Of a stretch of 64,000 bases of DNA, positions 60,205-64,000 are shown one piece after another. Position 1 is the stretch's first letter; each line of letters starts with the position of its first letter. Source of the stretch: an uncultured Desulfobacter sp. (GTDB lineage Bacteria; Desulfobacterota; Desulfobacteria; Desulfobacterales; Desulfobacteraceae). Location: positions 6,368,001 to 6,432,000 of the forward strand of contig OY762069.1 in NCBI GenBank assembly GCA_963665095.1, in the 5' to 3' direction. The position numbers and the translations under genes are program-made. Under the pieces are notes generated by a model. The model did not search any database. It was not told the DNA's origin and saw only the letters and a program-made list of their open reading frames with translations.

Positions 60205-61401
60205 TTGACACCGTCACCTGAACAGGGGATGACCCGCGCTGAGCTCGGAGATGTGACACTGGATAACTGGCGATTCCCTCCCTTCAGTTCGTGGGCGTTC
60301 CACCATGTAAGGGAACTGATCCCCACAGCACGGATTGAAGCGGGTGAACAAACCCTGCCGGTCATCCCGGCACCGGTCTCTTTTGACGATCTTGAGTTCA
60401 AAGGGCTCGGGGATGAGACATGGTCCCTGCCCCAGCTTTTGTCCAAGTCAAAGACCTCGGGATTCATTGTGGTGAAAAAGGACCGGCTGGTATATGAGCA
60501 GTACTTCAGAGGGCTAAACGCCGGCCGGCCCCACATCGTCTTCTCCGTCACCAAGTCCATTACCGGCATTATTTCCGGAATGCTGGCGGAAAAGGGACTC
60601 CTTGAGCTGGATGCCCCTGCGGACAAATACATACCCGAAGCCAAAGGGTCCTGCTATGAGGGGTGTCCCATCCAGAACATCCTGGATATGTCGGTGGATA
60701 CACCGTTTTCCGAAGCATATCTTGACCGCCAGGGAGATTACGGCCGGTACCGGCAGGCCATCGGCTGGAATCCCTGCACAGATCCTGAAAACCCCATTGA
60801 CCTAAAAGGGTTTTTAGTCACCATGAAAAAAGGCGACGGACACCATGGTGATGCCTTCCACTACGTCACCCCGAACACCGATTTTATGGGGTGGGTACTG
60901 GAACGGGCCAGCGGGAAAACCTATGCGCAACTGGTGAGCGAACTTCTATGGAAACCCATGGGAGCCCAATCCAACGCCTATGTCACCGTGGACCGCTTAG
61001 GCGCACCAAGGGCCGGGGGCGGTTTCTGTACCACCCTTATGGACCTTGCGCGCCTGGGTATGGTCATGAGAGATGCCGGGCAGGCTTTGGGAAAAAGGGT
61101 GATTTCCGATGCATGGATCCGTGACACCACAGGTTCAGGCGACAGAAATGCATGGATAAAAGGCAACTTCAGCCATTTCCTCCCCCATGGATGCTACCGG
61201 AATTTCTGGTACCAGACGGGCAATGCCGGCGGTGCCTTTTTCGCATTAGGGATCCACGGGCAATGGCTGTACATCGATCCGAAAGCAAGTGTCGTAATTG
61301 CAAAGGTATCGGCCCAGGATGAACCGGAAGACGAGGCTTTGGATCAGGTTCTGTTAACGGCCTTTGACTCTATCTGCCGAAGATTGGAAGATCTGCCGTA
61401 A
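60205..61401 (+). CDS. Serine hydrolase, 6-aminohexanoate-dimer hydrolase (NylB)-like, beta-lactamase fold
   Basis: TLDNW...WAFHHVRELIPTA, FSVTKS (SxxK), FHYVTPNTD, GIHGQWLYIDP; TTG start after AGGAG. Confidence 0.85.
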   Translation: MTPSPEQGMTRAELGDVTLDNWRFPPFSSWAFHHVRELIPTARIEAGEQTLPVIPAPVSFDDLEFKGLGDETWSLPQLLSKSKTSGFIVVKKDRLVYEQYFRGLNAGRPHIVFSVTKSITGIISGMLAEKGLLELDAPADKYIPEAKGSCYEGCPIQNILDMSVDTPFSEAYLDRQGDYGRYRQAIGWNPCTDPENPIDLKGFLVTMKKGDGHHGDAFHYVTPNTDFMGWVLERASGKTYAQLVSELLWKPMGAQSNAYVTVDRLGAPRAGGGFCTTLMDLARLGMVMRDAGQALGKRVISDAWIRDTTGSGDRNAWIKGNFSHFLPHGCYRNFWYQTGNAGGAFFALGIHGQWLYIDPKASVVIAKVSAQDEPEDEALDQVLLTAFDSICRRLEDLP

Positions 61402-61422
61402 ACACCTTTATTTGTTGATGAC

Positions 61423-61468
61423 AAAGGCCCTCTTAAAAGAATCAATCTTTTAGGAGGGCCTTTTTTTA
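61423..61468. terminator. Rho-independent terminator between convergent operons
   Basis: aaaggccctcttaaaaga...tcttttaggagggccttt followed by a T-run. Confidence 0.8.
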
Positions 61469-61514
61469 TACTGCTGAAAATTAAAGACCTGACATCTAAG
61501 ACCAGAATTTAAAA

Positions 61515-62972
61515 TCAGCTGATCCCGGCCATGCACATATATTTGATTTCCAGATAATCATCCAGGCCGTACTTGGAACCTTCCCGGCCGTTGCCGGACT
61601 CCTTGAATCCGCCAAAGGGGGCTACGGCATTGGAGATGATGCCGGAGTTGATGCCGATCAGACCATATTCAAGCTTTTCTCCCACCCGCCAGGTCCGGGC
61701 CATGTCCCGGGTGAAGAAATAGGCGGCAAGACCATATTCGGTATCGTTGGCTTTTTTAACCACCTCTTCTTCGGTGTCAAACTGAAAGACCGGGGCAAAG
61801 GGGCCGAAAATCTCCTCTCGGGCGATGAGCATTTCGTCGGTGGCGCCTGCCAGGACCGTAGGGGCAAAAAAGGTGCCGCCCAGGGCATGGCGTTTGCCAC
61901 CGGCAAGCACCTTTGCGCCCTTGTCCAGGGCATCGCTGATATGGCGCTCCACACTTTCAACAGCTTTCATGTCAATGAGCGGCCCCTGGACAACCCCATC
62001 CTCCATTCCGTTGCCCACCTTCAGGTTTGTCACGGCTGAGGTCAGTTTTTCACAGAACTTGTCATAAATGCCTGCCTGGACATAAAGACGGTTGGCACAG
62101 ACACAGGTCTGGCCGGAGTTGCGATATTTACAGGCAAGGGCTCCTTCAACGGCCGCATCCAGATCCGCATCATCAAACACGATAAAGGGAGCGTTGCCGC
62201 CCAGCTCCATGGAGACCCGCTTCATGGTTCCTGCGCAGTCCCGCATCAGTTTTTTGCCCACTTGAGTGGACCCGGTAAAGGTCAGTTTGCGGACAATGGG
62301 GTTGGCGGTCAGCTCCCCGCCAATGGCGGCAGATGACCCGGTTACCACATTAAAGACGCCGGCAGGAAGCCCCGCCTTAAGCCCCAATTTTGCAATGGCC
62401 AGGGCGGAAAAAGGGGTGGCTGTGGCAGGTTTAACCACCATGGTGCAACCAGCGGCAAGGGCTGCGCCTGCTTTGCGTGTGATCATGGCTGAGGGGAAAT
62501 TCCACGGGGTAATGGCCGCCACTACGCCCACGGGCTGCTTAATTACCACCAGGCGCTGGGAGGCTATGGTCTGGGGGATGACATCGCCGTAAATCCGTTT
62601 GGCCTCTTCGGCAAACCACTCGAAAAAGCTTGCGGCATAGGCGATTTCGCCCCGGGACTCTGCCATGGGCTTGCCCTGTTCTGCGGTCATGAGCAGGGCT
62701 AAATCTTCCTGGTTTGCCATGAGCAGGTCATTCCACTTTTTTAAAATGGCGGACCGCTCCCCTGCGGTTTTGCTGCGCCAGGCATCCAGGCTTTTGTCGG
62801 CCGCATCAATGGCCCGTTTTGTTTCGTCCGCCCCGCAGAAAGGGATGGTGCCCAGGACCTCTCCGGTGGCCGGGTTGGTCACATCCACGGTCTTTTTTGA
62901 ATCCGCCTCAATCCACTGGTTGTCAATAAAGCAAGCCTGGCAGAGCAGACTCGGGTCTTTTAATGCAATCAT
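61515..62972 (-). CDS. gabD: NAD(P)-dependent succinate-semialdehyde dehydrogenase
   Basis: ITPWNFPSAMITRK, FTGST, MELGGNAP, NSGQTCVC, EEIFGP, GREGSKYG. Confidence 0.92.
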   Translation of the reverse strand: MIALKDPSLLCQACFIDNQWIEADSKKTVDVTNPATGEVLGTIPFCGADETKRAIDAADKSLDAWRSKTAGERSAILKKWNDLLMANQEDLALLMTAEQGKPMAESRGEIAYAASFFEWFAEEAKRIYGDVIPQTIASQRLVVIKQPVGVVAAITPWNFPSAMITRKAGAALAAGCTMVVKPATATPFSALAIAKLGLKAGLPAGVFNVVTGSSAAIGGELTANPIVRKLTFTGSTQVGKKLMRDCAGTMKRVSMELGGNAPFIVFDDADLDAAVEGALACKYRNSGQTCVCANRLYVQAGIYDKFCEKLTSAVTNLKVGNGMEDGVVQGPLIDMKAVESVERHISDALDKGAKVLAGGKRHALGGTFFAPTVLAGATDEMLIAREEIFGPFAPVFQFDTEEEVVKKANDTEYGLAAYFFTRDMARTWRVGEKLEYGLIGINSGIISNAVAPFGGFKESGNGREGSKYGLDDYLEIKYMCMAGIS

Positions 62973-63010
62973 CTTTACCGCCTTTGTATTTTTTAAAAGG
63001 GTTTCCAGAT

Positions 63011-64000
63011 TTAAAGGGTTTCAAGGCCTTTTTCCATGATATCCAGCCCTTTTTGCAGTTGATCCGGTTCAATGACCAAAGGCGTCAGCACCCGGATCAC
63101 GTTCCCTAAAATCCCGCATACCAGAAGAATCAGGCCGTTGTCAAAACAGTATTGGGACAGCTGTTTGGCCTTGTCAGGGGCCACTGAGCCGTCTTCATTG
63201 ACAATGGTAATGCCGCGCATGGCGCCAAGCCCCCGCAGCTCGCCCACACAAGAAAAATTTTTTTTCCACGCCTCAAAGGTTTTCCCAAGTTTTTCGCCAA
63301 GGACCTTGGATTTTTCCAGAAGATTTTCCTCTTCAAAAATATCCAGAACCGCGTGGGCCGCTGCACAGGCCACAGGATTGGCACCGTAAGTGCCGCCTAA
63401 GCCGCCCGGGTGAACACTGTCCATGATCTCTTTTCTGCCCACCACAGCACTCATGGGCATGCCGGCGGCCATACTCTTGGCCACGGTCATCAGATCCGGT
63501 TCCACACCAAAATGTTCAATGGCAAACATGGTGCCTGTGCGGCCGATGCCGGACTGAATTTCATCGATCACCAGCACAATACCGTGTTTTTTGCAGAACT
63601 CCGCCACTTTGGGGAAAAAATCCGGGGGCGGTGCAATAAATCCGCCTTCCCCCTGGATGGGTTCAATGACTACGGCTGCGGTGTTTTCCGGATCAATACT
63701 GGTGATAAAGGACGCTTCAAACGCCTTGAAATCACCAAAAGGGGCCCGGTACACTTCCGGAGCCAAAGGTCCGAAACCGCATTTGTAGGGTTTAACCTTG
63801 GAGGTCATGGCCATGGTGAGGTAGGTCCGGCCATGGTAGGAGCCGTCACACACCACAATGCCCTGGCGTTTGGTGTAGTACCGGGCAATTTTTACGGCAT
63901 TTTCAACGGCCTCGGCACCGGAGTTCACAAAAAGGGCCTTTTTCTCAAAGTCGCCCGGGGCGATTTTGCACAGCCGGTCAGCCAGTGTTACCGCTGTTTC
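63011..64000 (-). CDS. gabT: 4-aminobutyrate aminotransferase (5' end beyond the window)
   Basis: NSGAEAVENAVKIAR, YHGRT...KVKPYK.GFGP, EPIQGEGGF, DEIQSG, AKSMAAGMP, GGLGGTYG. Confidence 0.9.
   Translation of the reverse strand, partial: ETAVTLADRLCKIAPGDFEKKALFVNSGAEAVENAVKIARYYTKRQGIVVCDGSYHGRTYLTMAMTSKVKPYKCGFGPLAPEVYRAPFGDFKAFEASFITSIDPENTAAVVIEPIQGEGGFIAPPPDFFPKVAEFCKKHGIVLVIDEIQSGIGRTGTMFAIEHFGVEPDLMTVAKSMAAGMPMSAVVGRKEIMDSVHPGGLGGTYGANPVACAAAHAVLDIFEEENLLEKSKVLGEKLGKTFEAWKKNFSCVGELRGLGAMRGITIVNEDGSVAPDKAKQLSQYCFDNGLILLVCGILGNVIRVLTPLVIEPDQLQKGLDIMEKGLETL

Noticed and set aside
1..64000. CRISPR arrays, tRNA/rRNA, prophage, integrase/transposase and defence systems
   Set aside because: None recognised by eye; a covariance-model or HMM scan would be needed to exclude divergent cases

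Overview
A 64-kb bacterial chromosomal window of roughly 50% GC by eye. Gene content and protein style suggest an anaerobic Desulfobacteraceae-like deltaproteobacterium (inference). About 65 CDS; no rRNA, tRNA, CRISPR, integrase or transposase was recognised. The left two-thirds mixes housekeeping genes (thiE, arfB, efpL/yeiP, argG, DEAD helicase, yaaA) with catabolic modules. These are two beta-keto acid cleavage enzyme (BKACE/DUF849) loci, a GntR-linked lysine/saccharopine dehydrogenase plus amino-acid ABC operon, two acyl-CoA dehydrogenases, an S8 lipoprotease and a dipeptidase. It also holds an 802-aa orphan with glutamine synthetase/glutamate-cysteine ligase-like motifs. The right ~19 kb (45069-64000) is a contiguous omega-amine catabolic island. 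It has two PotABCD-type transporters, a carboxyspermidine-dehydrogenase-like enzyme with no decarboxylase partner, Lrp, putrescine aminotransferase PatA, an aldehyde:ferredoxin oxidoreductase with Usp and MoaD, LysR, a NylB-like amide hydrolase and GabT/GabD. This suggests an apparently uncharacterised anaerobic polyamine/omega-amino-amide degradation route and is the best candidate for a new system. Also seen directly: a 126-bp palindromic REP/MITE-like element, a rod-like RNA overlapping a terminator upstream of an RNA-chaperone cluster, a 50-aa basic ORF missing from the track, MarR/LacI/sigma54/LysR sites, and three gene remnants (MCP, MarR, ThiF). All calls come from motif recognition; no database searches were run.
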